From NCBI GenBank assembly GCA_964234715.1, contig OZ174282.1: a stretch of 64,000 nucleotides of DNA; one strand, written 5' to 3'. This document shows, piece after piece, positions 1-10,954 of this stretch (the first letter of the stretch is position 1; every line of letters begins with the position of its first letter). The translations under genes were made by a program, and so were the position numbers. A model generated the notes under the pieces. That model did no database searches, was not told the origin of the DNA, and saw nothing but the letters and a program-made list of their open reading frames with translations. Source of the stretch: Podarcis melisellensis (taxonomy: Eukaryota).

Positions 1-758
1 CAAATTGGTGACAGGGTTTTTTATATCTCTGTTACCTTTTTCAGGTGTTTTTTTTGAAGCCCTCCATGAACCCAGAAGGTCAGAGATTACTAACCTAGCT
101 GTTTCCCTGACATGCTAACCTACTGCACTAAAGGGATTTTTAAAGGGGCATTTAAATATGCAGCTCCACCTGCAGACTGAAGTAGTACAATCCAGTAAAG
201 GGACCTAGCTGAAGAGCAGATATTTTGCAGGCAGAAGAGCCCAGATTCAGTCTTTGTGTGACAAGCACCTGTAATCTGATGCGGACTCTGAACAGACAAA
301 ATACTGATCCACTCTCATGGTTTAATCTCCCATTTTTAATAGCCCCTCTGAGCTGCCCTAGCTAGTTCTTTTGTAACAGGTTTAGAACCATTAAGGAAGT
401 AGAACCAAGCTCAAGTAAATAGGCCACTTTGGGGGGCACCTTATTGGGGTTGATCTACTGCATCCAACAAGCGAGGACCACCAACAAGGATGATTTTAAA
501 AGAGGATTATAGACATCATGGATGATAAGGCTATCAATGGCTATGTTCTCCATCCACTGTCAAAGGCAGAATGCTGGAGTAGATGGGTCACTGGTCAGAT
601 ACAGCAAGCTTATTCTTATGCTCTCATCCAAGTTATTTCTCTTACCTGGGAGACATCTTACTAGCAAGAGGGGGCTTTTCAACTTTTTCATGGTATTGCT
701 ACAACCATTCCCTTCCATATATGTTGGTGAACAAGCACAGACTAACTTAGTTAATGAG

Positions 759-764
759 TTTATT
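759..764 (-). promoter_or_regulatory. Candidate polyadenylation signal (AATAAA) for TRAPPC2L
   Basis: tttatt on + = AATAAA on -, about 100 nt after the TRAPPC2L stop. Confidence 0.5.
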
Positions 765-866
765 ATACAATGTGGGATTTTGGAAGGAAGAATATACACA
801 ACAAACAATTCTGTACAGTGGGACAAGTTGTTTCAGGTAAATCAGCTGGAAGAAGAGGCAGAAGCT

Positions 867-912
867 TCAACAAACTTGCACCATCATGGAAGTCACCATG
901 TTGTCAAAGGCC
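867..912 (-). CDS. TRAPPC2L: TRAPPC2L coding exon 5 (last): (R)AFDNMVTSMMVQVC*
   Basis: Minus strand tccttttccaag|G GCC TTT GAC AAC ATG...TGT TGA. Matches the TRAPPC2L C-terminus. Phase 2 agrees with exon 4. Total CDS 420 nt = 139 aa + stop. The acceptor is AAG. Confidence 0.93.
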
Positions 913-1642
913 CTTGGAAAAGGAGGGACAGGTAGTGTTAAAAAAAGCAGGACAAAGGTTCATCAAAGACAGACCAGCTAACTAAGATAATGGAGCAATA
1001 AAAAGGCAGCTTTTCACTTATATGGCTGCGCTTGCCAGCCGTACATCTATCACTGTTGCCTTTAAAACAGTTTCCTCAATGTTGCAAGCAGATTTGAAAG
1101 CACAGAGATCCAAGAGAGCATTTAACAAAGCAGGTTGCTTCACCTGTCTCATTCCATCCTACAAGCATACTCATATTTTCTTACGTATGCATGGAAACTC
1201 ATCATCCCTGACCACTGGACATGTTGACAAGGAATAATGGGAGTTGTAGTCCAACAACACCTGGGGATTTAAGGTTGAGAAACGCTGATCTAAAAAACAG
1301 TAAACAACCAAAATGCCTCAGGTGGAAGTTCTATAATTTGGGTACAATCCACAAGAAGCCCACTCTTTAGCAGCTACCTGCTGTACCTCCAGAAAGTGGG
1401 GAACACCCAGTGAGGGAGCTCCTAAGATCTTAATTGACAGCAAGGTTTATGGCACGATTCCATGATTTTGGAAGGGGAAACGAGGTGAATACTATTGCAG
1501 GGCAGATGTGGGAGAGGCTCAGGATAATATTGCTAAATGCCACTAGAATAGTTCAGTGGATTCTGGAAAGACAAAGCTTCCAATAGCCCTGTAAGACCAA
1601 CAAAGCTAGTTAAGAGACAGGTACTCTCACCAGCCTGCTCAC

Positions 1643-1722
1643 CTGGATTGGATCTGGTCCCCGGGATTATAAAAGGGGTTGCACATGACATCTGTGAAGG
1701 AATTATGCAGCTTCCTGAACAT
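1643..1722 (-). CDS. TRAPPC2L: TRAPPC2L coding exon 4: [26 protein letters not shown]
   Basis: cccttttcag|ATG TTC AGG...CAA TCC AG|gtgagc; 80 nt; sedlin-family NPFY motif. Confidence 0.96.
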
Positions 1723-1832
1723 CTGAAAAGGGAAGGACCACTTCAGTGACCAGAATGTAGGGACCAATTAGTCTTGAGTAAGCAGAAGGAAGTTCTACTT
1801 TGACTGGCTCCCTGCAGCTGCCCTGTACTTAC

Positions 1833-1920
1833 ACTGCGGATTTCGTTGTCCCTGAGTGCCGTGTTGGAAGAATCCACCACCATCACAAACTTCACCTTGG
1901 AATTGGTCACGTAGCCATAT
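1833..1920 (-). CDS. TRAPPC2L: TRAPPC2L coding exon 3: [29 protein letters not shown]
   Basis: gaccttgactgctgaagcag|A TAT GGC...CGC AGT|gtaagt; 88 nt. Confidence 0.96.
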
Positions 1921-2015
1921 CTGCTTCAGCAGTCAAGGTCTATTTTTAATAATATATGAAGCCACCTCACGCACAGTCAGGCCATTGGTCCATCATCTCT
2001 CAGTACTGTCTATAC

Positions 2016-2150
2016 CAGGGGTGGTTAATCTGAAGCCCTCCTGAAGATCCCAAATCACATCAGCACTGGCCAGAATAGCCAGTGGTTGAGGACAATGGGA
2101 GTTATAGTTAAGCAACATTTGCGGTGGGGGGCACAATTTAGCTACCACTG
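2016..2150. mobile_element. hAT-type palindromic MITE nested in a SINE fragment
   Basis: Imperfect TIRs caggggtggttaa / ttagctaccactg; 8-bp TSD gtctatac/gtctacac; flanks join into a minus-strand SINE 3' region. Confidence 0.7.
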
Positions 2151-2569
2151 GTCTACACTGACTGGTAGCAGCTTTCCAGGGCTCCAGACAAGAATCTCTC
2201 AGCCTTTTCTGGAGAGGCAAAATAAGTCTGTGCTCCATCACTGAGGCCTTAACAAATAAACACAAAACAACTGGGTTATGCTAAACACTTCCTAACCAAA
2301 GAGCAGCTTGCCCACATGTAACTGGGTTCAGACTGAATACACAGCAATACTCTTTGCACTGTCACTCCTTCTGCAAGCCCAACCCACACCATATTTAAAG
2401 CAATCAATTTTATATTTCAGTTCCAGGGGCTCCTGTGGTATCACATTCCAGATTTGTCCTTCAACTGGATGAACAAGTTGCTTGGTAGCGGCTGTTGACT
2501 GCACAGTCCTAAGGCCACAAAGCAGTTGCATGCAGCCTTAACCGCTGTTTAACTTCTAAACTACATAGG

Positions 2570-2722
2570 AGGCTGCCTATGCTGAGTCAGCCATTGGTCC
2601 ATCAAGCTCAGTAATGCCTGCACTGACTGGCAGCTCTCTAGTTTTCCCAGCTCTACCTGGAAATGCCCCTATCTGGGACCTTCTACATACAAAGTTAGTG
2701 CCTTACTACTGAGCTATGACCT
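2570..2722 (-). mobile_element. tRNA-derived SINE (same family as 43956-44166), degenerate
   Basis: Reverse complement of the ...gtagaaggtcccag...cagtcagtg...gatggaccaatggctgactcag...ggcagcctcctatg pattern seen in other copies in the window. Confidence 0.6.
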
Positions 2723-2963
2723 TTCTCTATATATGAAAGCACACAATAGTAGTTTAAAACTAAACAGCAACAGATCCAACTAAATTCAGGTGCTGCAGCC
2801 CAGCTGTGATCAGAACTTTACCCTCCTTTAAGTTCTCTTGGAATAATGAAGCAAGACTGCAAGAAGGGAACCTGAGAAACAAGCACATAGCTGCCGAGCT
2901 GGAAGGGATCCTGAATGTGATCTAGGCCAACTCCTCATTCAACCCAAAAGGCATCTAAGATAC

Positions 2964-3136
2964 ACTTTGTAGTCTTCAGTTGGGTAGAGCAACCCCAAGT
3001 AGAGCTCTCTCTGGTCCACAAGAGCTTTTCCCATAGCAGAGATTTTCTCATCCACAACATCAAGAGACGTGTGGACTGTGTAGTGGAACTTCAGTTCATT
3101 TTCTGTCGGAATGCTCTTGATGTACAGAGGATAGTT
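2964..3136 (-). CDS. TRAPPC2L: TRAPPC2L coding exon 2: [58 protein letters not shown]
   Basis: ttctag|AAC TAT CCT...TAC AAA GT|gtatct; 173 nt; manual translation nearly identical to vertebrate TRAPPC2L. Confidence 0.96.
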
Positions 3137-3551
3137 CTAGAATGAAAAAACAAACCACCAAGTTACTGAACTATGAAGTGATCCAACTGATCTACACAGT
3201 TCTAACTCCCTCTCCCAAAACAGGATTCTAAGTAGTACCTTTTCAGACCGATTTTAACACAGAATCCAAATCAGACACCTATCTCAATCAAACCAGGTGC
3301 AAGCCCCCAACAACTGGTTCACAGCTGGAAGAACTCAAATCCCCAAGCAAAGGTCACATTTTTAAGTACATGTTTATTAAAATATGTTCTGCCTTTCTTT
3401 GACTCAAGGCCGTTTACAGGCAAGACACAATAAAACAATATTCATATCTGAATTTTTATGCAACCCACATTAATATTTCCAGTTAGGGTTGCAGAAAAAG
3501 CAAGGTAAAGCAGCTTTAAACCCCCAGACTCCAACATCCCGATGGAAGGAT

Positions 3552-3973
3552 TGTGGCTATTTTCACCCCCTCCCATTGCGAAAATCTCCTGATGTTTTCA
3601 GAAGGGAGGGGGCGGAAACTGCTCTTCGCTTCTTCTGCTCCTGCCTGACTCTGTGGGGAGTCTGAGTGTTATCTATGTAGAGATTAGATGGCTGAGTGAG
3701 AACTGTAACACTCATGCAAGCCAGTAGCTCTTTAGTTTTTAGTCTGCAGTAGCTATTAGAAAATAAAGAAGAGTTATGCTTCACAGTTTTCTTCCGTGTT
3801 GTTCATACTCTGCTGAGTTTGGTGCTCACAATGGACAGTTGTGGGTCCAGTGCACTTAGACCTGCTTTCCAGGAGTGGAAGGTCTCTGGAAGTGCTCTAG
3901 CTCGCCTAGCCTAGTCAGGGCAGAACCAGCCTTTGAGCCCAGTCGTAGGCATCAGCTCAAAGGCGTACTGACA
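3552..3973 (+). mobile_element. Solo LTR (422 bp) in TRAPPC2L intron 1
   Basis: TGT...ACA termini; exact 5-bp TSD AGGAT (3547-3551 and 3974-3978); internal GC box GGGGCGG and AATAAA at 3762-3767. Confidence 0.75.
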
Positions 3974-4385
3974 AGGATGTGCCCAAAAAGTTTGACAATT
4001 TTCCACATACAGTTCGTATATGAATTAAGTGTCTTGCTTCCTCTCCTGATCCCCCTCCCTGATTATTACTTAGGAAAGGAGAAGAAAACCTGACGAAAAC
4101 CAACTCCTCATCACGGTTGTCACTGCAACCCATTCACTTGTCCTTCAACCTTTAATGCACAACCTACACCACTGCCCAGAGAGAGAGAGAGCAAATTTAA
4201 CAGAGGCTGCTGCAGCTGTTGCTCCTTTCTTGCTCATTGAATGCAACAGAACAGGAAGTGACAACAAGGGAGGAGCTGGGGGCTCCAGGGATCAGCAGTA
4301 GTCCCTGCCCCACTGTTGAGGTGTCAGCCTCAGAAGGTGCCAAAGATGGCAGCCCTGCTTTAAGAACATAGCATAAGAGTCTGAC

Positions 4386-4513
4386 AGGCTCAACCTTGGG
4401 TCCCCAGATGTTGTTGGACTACACCTCCCATCATCCCTGAGCTCTGGCCTTGCTAGCTAGGGATGATGGGAGTTGTAGTTCAACATCTGGAAACCCAAGG
4501 TTGAGAAAGGCTG
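4386..4513. mobile_element. Palindromic hAT-like MITE (ACTACA-N2-TCCCATC family)
   Basis: Arms ctcaaccttggg...gatgttgttggactacacctcccatcatccct and agggatgatgggagttgtagttcaacatctgg...cccaaggttgag. Related copies near 1236-1290, 13675-13800, 17680-17810, 18978-19130, 27475-27600 and 54740-54880. Confidence 0.75.
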
Positions 4514-4515
4514 AT

Positions 4516-4778
4516 TCTAGTCCAACATCCTGTTATCAAAGTGGCAAACCAGATGCCCCAATGGGAAGCCCCACAAGCAGGACGTGATGCAAGAGCACCT
4601 CTCCCATCCTGCTGTTTCCAGCAACTGGTACTCAAAGACAACCTGCCTCTGACAGTGGAGAAAGAGCATAGCCATTAATAGCTTTTCCTGCTCCATGAAT
4701 TTGTCCGACCCTTTTCCAAAGCCATCCAAGTTGGTGGCCATCACTACATCTTGTGGCAGAGAGTTCCATAGACTAACT
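4516..4778 (-). mobile_element. CR1 LINE 3' end (ORF2 C-terminus + 3'UTR)
   Basis: Minus strand reads SLWNSLPQDVVMATNLDGFGKGSDKFME, the typical CR1 ORF2 end. Similar 3'UTR fragments near 490-620, 9100-9290, 22108-22220 and 56420-56560. Confidence 0.85.
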
Positions 4779-4956
4779 AGCTACGTACCCTTTGCGGGGG
4801 GTAGAGTAGCAGAAGAGAGGATTTACTCTCATTCCCTGGTTAACGGCTTCCAAGGAATGTCTGACGGCAATTCTTGTGTTCCCCCACCCTTACCCTTCCT
4901 CTCTCCCACCCCCACCCGCCGCCCCGTCCCTCAACTGCCCCTGCCCGGTCTCCCAC

Positions 4957-4989
4957 CTCCTTGGCGATCACAGCAATACAAACCGCCAT
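4957..4989 (-). CDS. TRAPPC2L: TRAPPC2L coding exon 1: MAVCIAVIAKE
   Basis: aagATGGCG start, 33 nt, GAG|gtggga donor; visible inside ORF 4840..5100(-). Confidence 0.95.
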
Positions 4990-5525
4990 CTTGGGTACTG
5001 GTGGGTTCGCTTCGTCCCTCCCTCTTTCACGTAACAGCGTCTTTGCCCTTACAGTATTTACATCCACGTGATCGGAGAACCAATGTGCCCAGCGGACCAC
5101 GGCTCCGCCTCCGCGGCTCTGCGCACGTGACTGAGCCGGCCCAGACTCTTGTTCCTACATAGAGACTGCAGACAAGGGTTACCAGGCAGTCTCCTCCCAC
5201 TTCCAGCTTTTTTTGAACAGCATATCCGCTGCCGCCATATGCGGGGCCAGGAGCAATTATTTCACCTATATTTACAAAACTCCCATATTGTGGGTGGGTT
5301 ACTACATATAATTAAAACCATACCATATGCCAAAAGTGTGGCGTGGGCTCTTTCCTTCTTTCTAAAGTGCTCCCTCTTGAGTCCCGCCCATGTCTTTAAC
5401 TCAGCGCGTTCAATGGAGAACCGGTAGTGACTTTCTAGTTACCCTGAGTGTTCCCACGTGCCCCTTGGGCCGTTCCCTCTTCCCCAACTTTTTTTCGGAC
5501 TCGCGGTGGGCTTGGAGTGGTTGCC

Positions 5526-5630
5526 ATGGAGACGAGACTGCTTCTGCTGCTGGGCCTGTGCGGCCTGGGCAGGGCCGCCAACACCACTCTACCACGACCC
5601 CCTAACTTGGTCTTGCTGTTGATGGACGAT
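5526..5630 (+). CDS. GALNS: GALNS (N-acetylgalactosamine-6-sulfatase) exon 1: signal peptide + PPNLVLLLMDD
   Basis: gccATGG Kozak; METRLLLLLGLCGLGRAANTTLPRPPNLVLLLMDD|gtgagc; sulfatase N-terminal motif with the metal-binding DD. Confidence 0.95.
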
Positions 5631-5990
5631 GTGAGCCTGGGAAGGGGAGGTGGCAGGGGAAGGAGGGATGGTCCCTGCAAGTGGGGCGGGGGCTTCCTCC
5701 TCTCGTGAGGAAAAGGGGTCAGGAGGAGAGAGGGAGCCTTGGTCAGGGGCGGAAAGGGCCACCTCTCTGGGGAGCGCTGGGTGGGTCTGCTTCCTGGAGG
5801 AAGTGGGGTGCTGAGAGTAGCATTGCTTCCATTGTGGGGCCCATTTGGGAGGTGTGAAACATTTGAGAGGGTGTATATGTGGGGGTGGGGGTGTCTGTTA
5901 TTTACGCATACACTGGTACAGTATGTTTGTGTGTACTGTATTAAACGATGTGCATATATATGTATGTGTGTGAGGTATGAATTTACATTA

Positions 5991-6221
5991 GACAGTGTGG
6001 TGCAGTGGTTAGAGAGTCAAGACCAGGAGCTGGGAGACCAAGCTTCAAATCCCCCCTCAGCCATAAAACTTTCCAGGTGACCTTTGGCCAATCACTGCCT
6101 GTAAGCCTAAGCTACCTCACAGCGTTGTTGTAAGGATAAAATGGGGAGATGGGGGAGAACCACTTATGCCCCCTTGAGCTCCTTGGAGGAGAGGTGGGAT
6201 AGAAATCGATTAAATAAATAA
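5991..6221 (+). mobile_element. tRNA/CORE SINE (Squam3A/MIR-like) with (TAAA)n tail
   Basis: A-box gtggtgcagtggttaga, B-box-like gcttcaaatcc, core ggtgacctttggccaatcac...acctcacagcgttgttgtaaggataaa, taaataaataa tail. Confidence 0.75.
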
Positions 6222-9200
6222 GTGTGACATGTATTAGAAAATGGCTCCAGTAAATTAACAGAAGCCTAGTTCTAGGATTATACCATCCATATACATGAAT
6301 GGTAACACACACATATATACAGGCACCACCACATCAATGAATGTTGGTCAAAAGACAATTCCCTGCCCCAAGGAGCTTCCATTCTGAATTTTGATAGAGA
6401 GGAAGAGCTACCATGAAGCTCTGATATCCCGGTGTCTGAAGAGCTGACCTTTGGCACTGAGGCATTCAAGGTAATATCAGTTGCTTTCAAAACACTGTGG
6501 TACTTTACCTTGGGGGGTCAATTTGCACATTATTACATTTTTTAAAATTATGTTTATATTTTCCTCCAAGGAGCTCAAAGTGGCATACATACTTCTCTCA
6601 CTCATTTTATCCTCACAACAACTCTGTGCAAGGTAAGTTAGGCTGAAAGTTACAATGAGGGCTCATCCAGACTTCCCTTTCTGCTGCGTTTTTAGGCACG
6701 GGCCCATGCTTTAAAGCACTGTGTCTGAACACTTTTTTTTGTCCTGGCACTTTCCTCATGAAAACACATTCTTTGCCACTTAATTGGAGCAAACGGCAAT
6801 CTCTGGAAAGCCCAAATTGTCATTTGTTCAGTGTTGAAGACCAGGTTTTCCTGGGGAAGGTAGCAGGGCAAAAATAATAATACAGTAATCAGTTATTTGT
6901 TGACCTTACCTCTTCAAACCTCTTTTTGAGTTACAGTTTCTCCACCCCTTCCACAAGATGGAAGAGAGAGGAATGGTTTCCCTTTAAGGCAGCGATGGGG
7001 AACCTCTGACCCATGAGCCAAATTTGGCCTGGGAGGCTCTTTTCCCTACACCATGCCCACTTGCCCCACACCTGGCATCATATGTCAATAGTCAAGATAT
7101 GACTGGATTTACTGCAGAACCAATTTCTCAATGGGGAACTCCATTACATAGCTGATTCCTACAGAAAGCAACTTCAAAGGCACCAGCTATCAACTGATAG
7201 GCAGTGACTACAAGCCTGCTGATCAGTAGCACTTTAACACACCACACACATCTCTTTGCAAGCCCTTTGTGGCAACAGTTATCACCTTGTGTCACTGTGA
7301 CAGAATTTGTCCCATGAGGAGTTTGAGAGATGAAGACCTGGTCTGCAGCCGAGATCAGGTTCCCCAAACCTTCTTTAAGGACTGGTTTTGGGTGTTGGAG
7401 GGGTGTCCCAAAGGAGATATGTGGCACGAAGTAGGCAGGAAGTCTATGAAAAATGTTCCTTTGGGTGCTGGATGCTCATTTGAGGCAAATGGCTTATCAG
7501 CTGGAGTATTGCACTTTGATGCAGAATCCCTGCCTTGGTATGTAAGCTGGGCTGTAATTCTTTTGTAAGATGACATTTGACCGTCCTGATGAAAGATAGG
7601 AGGGAAATGCTATAAATGTATGAATAGGCTTCTGGGCCAGCTTGGAGTTTGCCAAGTTTTACAGAGATTGTGTTGGTGGTGGAGGAATGGTGTGTTACAA
7701 ATAAGTTGTGTGAAATACATTTCTAAATAAACGAGGTTTATTTCTAAATAATAAATTGTATGAAATACACGATGTGGGGGCCTGGGAAAGGGCCTTTTCA
7801 ATGGAACCCTCTCCTTCCTGGCCTAATTTCTCAGTGGTTTTAGGTGGTTAGTTAGGACAAATTTTTTTTCAGGGTTTCAGCACTGATTTTTTGTTATGTG
7901 TTTTTAAAGGATTGGGTTTTTAATGGATTTTTAACTGTTTGCCTTGTTGTAAACTGCCCTGTGGCTTAGGCAAAGGACAGTATAAACCATTCAGAAATAG
8001 AGGGCTAGCAGCTGGAACCGTTGTTCTTTGAGTTGGAAATTTTGCACAAGGGTGCCTATTCTGCAGCTTGTATCAAGTGTTTAGATATTCCTCTCCCTTT
8101 TGTCTCAAGTGGAGCAATCCTTTCGCTTTTCACCTTTATTGCTGGCAAGAAGTAATAAAGTAACTACTCGCGTGCTATTAATCTGAATGTCACCATTTTG
8201 GATTTCCTTTGCCATCAATGCACTATGTGGCTATAGTCAAGACTAACATATGTATTAAACTGCTGCAATCCTTATTGTGCCACTGCATTTCTTTCAGCAC
8301 AGACCAATATTTCACATCTGACATATGTGAATAAAAGACCCAAGCATTACAGGGCTGTTGTCATATAAGAGTGCAACTTTGAGCACTTAAAAAACTGTCC
8401 CTCACACAAGGGTCACAAACTTGCTTAGTCCTACTGAAGTGAGGAGGATTGGGCACAGTGGACACTGCTTGTCTCAGTAAAAGGCTTAGCAATATGAACT
8501 TGCTACGAGAGTTCAGGTCTGGGGCCTCGGTCTGTTTTTGAGCACCTCGTGATTGTGATTCATAAGCCATTTTAGGGAAATTATTCCACTGCTCCGCTGA
8601 CCGTAGTGTTAGAAAAATGCTTTCTAATGTGTTTCTTGCATTTCTTTTTAGTTTCAGGCTATTACTCTTTGCACTCTGTTTTTAGCTGCTTGAAATTGTT
8701 GGTGTAATTTTTCCCCCCTTAAAAAGGGGGCTCCTGTTGATTTGAGTATTTTCCTATGCTACAAAAAGGTTCTCATCCCTTCACCCTCCTTTCCTTATTA
8801 TATTCAGTAAATATGTGTCAAGAAAAAGTTGCAGTTGTAGCAGGAATGAGTGTTTTAGCTGCAGGTGCCAGCAAGGACAAGCTAGGTATGGTGCCATTTT
8901 CCAAAAGGTTGGAAGTTCTCTTGATTTTGCCCCATCCCAGGGGGGGGATTCATGCAACGACCACAAAACAACTTGCTTCATCAAGCCATACATATTTTGT
9001 GTTAAGAATGAATTCGCTCACAAAGTTGGGGTCGTGAATTTGAAAGGAGGATTAGGGGAAAATCATGGAGAATTGGTCTAACAATGGCCATTGGTCTTTA
9101 CAGTTAGAAATGGAACTTCTGTGTTCAGAAGCAGCATATTTGTGATTGCTTGTCACTGAAAGCATACAGCAGTGAATGGCTTATATGCATCTTGCTCAAC

Positions 9201-9711
9201 TTTTGAGCTTCTCTGGGGCATCGGACTGACCATTGATAGAGACAGAATACTGGACTCTGTGAACCTTTGATCTGTCCCAGCCTGACATTTCATACAGAAG
9301 GGTTTCTGAAAATGTGATGCAGTTCTTCCCACAGAGGTGTTGCTAAGGATGGTGTGATCTGCTTCTTGGCTTCACCCATAGTGTGTTTTGTCAGATGGAT
9401 GCTGCCAGCACACCTCCTATTGTACAAAACTGGAAATGGTGAATAACCTGTTCCTTGTGTTTCTGAAGGTCACTTGACACTGTTCTCTCCCCTTCGCTGC
9501 CCTGCAATAATCCATGTTGTTTCGATGAGGCTGAAAAGGCTGCTCGCCATTAAACAGGCAGCTGAGCAGTGGAAATCATTGTACAATGTGCATTGTACAA
9601 AGCAGTGGTGGATGCTACAGTAAAGTTTTTAAATAGCTGAATGATAAAAATGTACACTAGTCCTTTCAACTGATTGTCGTTTATTTGTCTTGTGTCCTGG
9701 TATGTCTTCAG

Positions 9712-9835
9712 ATGGGCTGGGGTGACCTAGGTGTGTTTGGGCAACCTTCCAAAGAAACCCCAAATATAGACCAGATGGCTGCAGAAGGAATGCTTTTCCC
9801 AAGCTTCTACACTGCCAACCCTCTTTGTTCTCCAT
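9712..9835 (+). CDS. GALNS: GALNS exon 2: [41 protein letters not shown]
   Basis: cttcag|ATG...CCA T|gtgagt; 124 nt; contains the Cys of the CxPxR formylglycine motif. Confidence 0.97.
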
Positions 9836-10018
9836 GTGAGTAAACTCCAAAGCTCTAGAGAAGCAGTGCTGTCTAGGGGGTGGAGAGTTGGGCTTGGTAC
9901 AAATCGTACCTCTGTCATGAAATCTCATTAGGCAAATTGCTGTCTTCAACTTCTAAAGATTAAGATTGCAAATCAAATGTGCTTTGATAAATAATAGTAG
10001 CAGTACTAGAACCTAATA

Positions 10019-10284
10019 CAGTGGTGCCTCGCAAGACGAGTGCCTCGCAAAACGAAAAACGCACAAGACGAAAGGGTTTTTTGTTTTTTTGCGTTGTTTC
10101 GCAAGACGAATTTCCCTATGGGCTTGCTTTGCAAGACAAAAACGGTCTTGCGAGTTTGTTCGCTTTTTTCCTAAAGCCGCTTGAAGAGGCGCAGTTGCGA
10201 CGGGCCGTGCTTCGCAAGACAAAAAACATCGCAAGACGAAAAGACTCGCGGAACGAATTAATTTTGTCTTGCGAGGCACCACTG
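10019..10284. mobile_element. Tigger/pogo-like (Tc1-mariner) MITE, intact
   Basis: Perfect 19-bp TIR CAGTGGTGCCTCGCAAGAC; TA TSD on both sides; CpG-rich; many internal CGCAAGAC-like repeats. Confidence 0.9.
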
Positions 10285-10292
10285 TACTCTAG

Positions 10293-10775
<483 letters not shown>

Positions 10776-10954
10776 TAGTTTACAATAGGCTGCAATCCTA
10801 AGCACATTTACTCAGAAATTAATCCTTTTTGAGATCATGGAAGTAATTGCCAGGCTTAGAATCAGGGTTGTATTGCAAACAAATAGGCCTGGTGTTGCTA
10901 GTCCAGCTAACAGGGTTTATAGGATCTTGAATGAACCTGCCCGTGTTACTAACT

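Larger units (their letters stand above)
1921..2963 (-). other. TRAPPC2L: TRAPPC2L intron 2, U12 (minor spliceosome) GT-AG type
   Basis: 5' site GTATCTTAG (U12 consensus RTATCCTT). Branch motif CCTTGAC at 1938-1932 with the A 13 nt from the 3' end. No polypyrimidine tract. Confidence 0.8.
4900..5720. promoter_or_regulatory. CpG-rich bidirectional promoter shared by TRAPPC2L and GALNS
   Basis: Divergent ATGs at 4989(-) and 5526(+); CpG-dense. CACGTG E-boxes at 5065, 5124 (CACGTGAC, CLEAR-like) and 5455; CCAAT 5080-5084; YY1-type CCGCCATCTT 4983-4992; GC boxes; RFX X-box 5520-5533. Confidence 0.85.

Noticed and set aside
5064-5084. ER-stress element (CCACG plus CCAAT)
   Set aside because: Order and spacing do not match ERSE (CCAAT-N9-CCACG) or ERSE-II.
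4840-5100. 86-aa minus ORF as an N-terminally extended TRAPPC2L
   Set aside because: It begins at a non-ATG codon; only MAVCIAVIAKE is homologous, and the rest is 5' region and intron read-through.
10019-10284. CRISPR-like array of short repeats
   Set aside because: Eukaryotic intron; the repeats are irregular, occur in both orientations and lie between TIRs with a TA TSD, so this is a MITE.
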